NCBI GenBank assembly: GCA_001687465.1
Contig: LVLI01000196.1
Location: 124,001 to 188,000 of the forward strand
Reading direction: 5' to 3'
DNA: 64,000 nt
Origin: Halocafeteria seosinensis
Lineage: Eukaryota
Below are positions 62,105 to 64,000 of this stretch, piece after piece. The notes below the pieces were generated by a model. The model worked only from the letters and a program-made list of their open reading frames with translations. It made no database searches and was not told the DNA's origin. Position numbers and translations under genes: made by a program. Within the stretch, counting starts at the first letter, position 1, and each line of letters opens with the position of its first letter.

Positions 62105-64000
62105 ATGCAGCAGGGTCCATTGTACAATTCCACCCCAACCGTAAGCAGCTATTACATACAGAAGGACAAGATGGACGGAACCGATCGAGCTACAAGCTCG
62201 TTGCTCATCGACACCACCACCCGATGCCCCAAGAATGGTCCTGGGAACCCGCGGGGGGAGAAAGAGAATGCAACTAAACCGTCATTGCAGGCTTACCGCC
62301 AGCCCATTGAGGAGGAAGAGAAAGAGATGATTCATGTGGACGACTCAGTGCGAAATCAAGACCAGAGAGTGTGGTTTTTGGAGGAGTCTATTCAACGGAA
62401 ACGCCCTCAAAACGAGGTCGAGCGACTGCAGAAAGTCGGCCAACACATCCGCGGCGGAAAGTCGTTACGTCAGCGTGCAACGGAAGAGAAACGAGATGAA
62501 CGGAAACAACCAGCCGTTCCTAAAAACGTTCGTCAGAAAATTGAACGTCCTCCTAGGCGAGCTGATAATTCGGACTCTGAACAACTGCCGGAGGTACACG
62601 AACCTTACGAGACCGAAACACTGCAGCTGCTTAGCGACTACGCTCAGGTTAATGAAGCCTCGACTCGGTACCCCACCAGCGCGACCAGTGAAGATGCGAA
62701 GAACGCCCCCGGGGACAAACGTCCAGTACCCCCTTCCGCCCCTAAGAACTTAAGACAATGGATAAGTCAATCCACAAGGATGAGATTTGTAGACTCCAGT
62801 CAAGGTTTGCCTGCAACCTCTGCAAAACGCACTGGTCCAAACGCTGCTTCAGGTGAGGAACATCAAAACAGTACCAGAGAATCTTCAGTACACACGCAGG
62901 AGGTGAGACACACCAAAACAGTAAATCGTCCAAAGTGGAGACGCGGCGCGGACATTCAGAGTCATAACTATGGCTACATTCCTTGGTCTATGTCTCATGC
63001 CCAGCGAGCATTCCTCTACTCGGAGCAAGGATGGTTGAATGGGGTTTCGCAAAAAGAGGATTATACACGTGGTGCACCAAGCCCCTTAAAGTCACTGAAA
63101 CCAGATCATACAGGAGCTGGAATGATGCTGCAGAACCTGGGTGCTGGAGCAGATTTACGGGAGATGGTTAGTGGAGCGTTCGTGGAGGGCTACCATCCCG
63201 AAGACTTACCAATGTACATCCAAGAGGAGTTCGATGACGTTTTCAATGCGGATATTCCATCCAATAAAGTTTTGGAATACGCGGATGAAAATGCGCCTAC
63301 ACCTCATAGCACATCTCAAGGAGCGATGAACGAAATGCCCGCATTTGGGGCCATCAGAAACGATGAGGAAGTGGAAAGTGGACCAGACTCCAAGAGAGAA
63401 GCCTTAGGTCAAGCTGCGGAAAGGTATTTGAAAAGAATAAATGCTGAATATGGATCGTTTTCAAGTAGTGGTACGTGTGCAAGTAGTGTTGTATAGGTGG
63501 TGGTGTTCAGTATGTGCGATGATGATGCGTGACTGAAACCAGCGCTATATCACGAAATGAAACTATCGCAAGCAAGTTTTAAGGGGAGCACGTCAGATGT
63601 GCCGCGTTCTCAAGAATTCTCACTTGCACTGGCTTTGAGCACAATCTGCCAGCTAAAGGAATCATTTGCGCACACAGAGGGATTGGTGGCTTATCTGCTG
63701 ACGTATGTGACAGATGCCATATTTTACAGGAATAACCCGTTCTCTCACCAGGCTCAGACAAAAGCGGCCGGAGAGAGGAGCATCACTTCCTGGAAATGGA
63801 CGTCGCTGCCCCCAAGTCAGGACGACCTTGAGTGGTTAAAGAGGTTAAGAACGGTTACAACCTATTTCATGATGTCTCACCATCTTCTTTCGGAAATCAG
63901 GTGGCATAAGCATCAACGTCAAAGTTGGATCAGTGACAAGTGAGTCGGTTTTTGATTGTTCTACGTTGTGCTTAACAGCACACTCTTATCTTGCCTCGTC
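62105..64000 (+). CDS. Hypothetical protein with disordered N-terminus; continues past the window end
   Basis: 463-codon ORF joined in frame by intron 63471-63542 to ALYHEMKLSQ..; next donor GTGAG near 63940. Confidence 0.6.

Overview
Gene-dense window from a compact eukaryotic (protist) nuclear genome. It uses the standard genetic code, has many short (mostly ~60-90 nt) GT-AG introns with GTAAG/GTACG/GTATG donors and mostly YGCAG/ACAG acceptors, and shows near-alternating gene orientation. A stramenopile-like lineage is my inference from splice signals, RPB1 and COX5B, and is not proven. About 30 genes are identified from recalled family motifs (no database search): ECM29 (partial), Ap4A phosphorylase, DDA1, a BAG2-like co-chaperone, Erv2-like oxidase, TMEM65, V-ATPase c'', a SWSAP1-like protein, CDT1, COX5B, LUC7, PAXBP1/GCFC, CENH3, a two-pore channel, poly(A) polymerase, PC4/SUB1, Ku80, cytochrome b561, a MUL1-like ligase, an RWD/RING-like protein, a YnjE-type rhodanese, CacyBP, a Ycf21/cyanobacterial-type chorismate lyase, CASP, a sterol hydroxylase, Grx-DUF547, RPB1, Rab11 and several hypothetical proteins. 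No rRNA, intact tRNA, CRISPR array or transposase was found. Best leads: (1) unannotated structured non-coding elements, namely a symmetric ~370-nt rod at 44.7-45.05 kb and an oversized COX5B intron with an Sm-like site; (2) a BAG2-like protein outside animals; (3) three zinc-site losses (RPB1 clamp, COX5B, a half-RING); (4) two intron-bearing bacterial-type enzymes; (5) an inverted E2F-site pair and other perfect palindromes in promoters. All RNA structures were paired by eye and need folding statistics.
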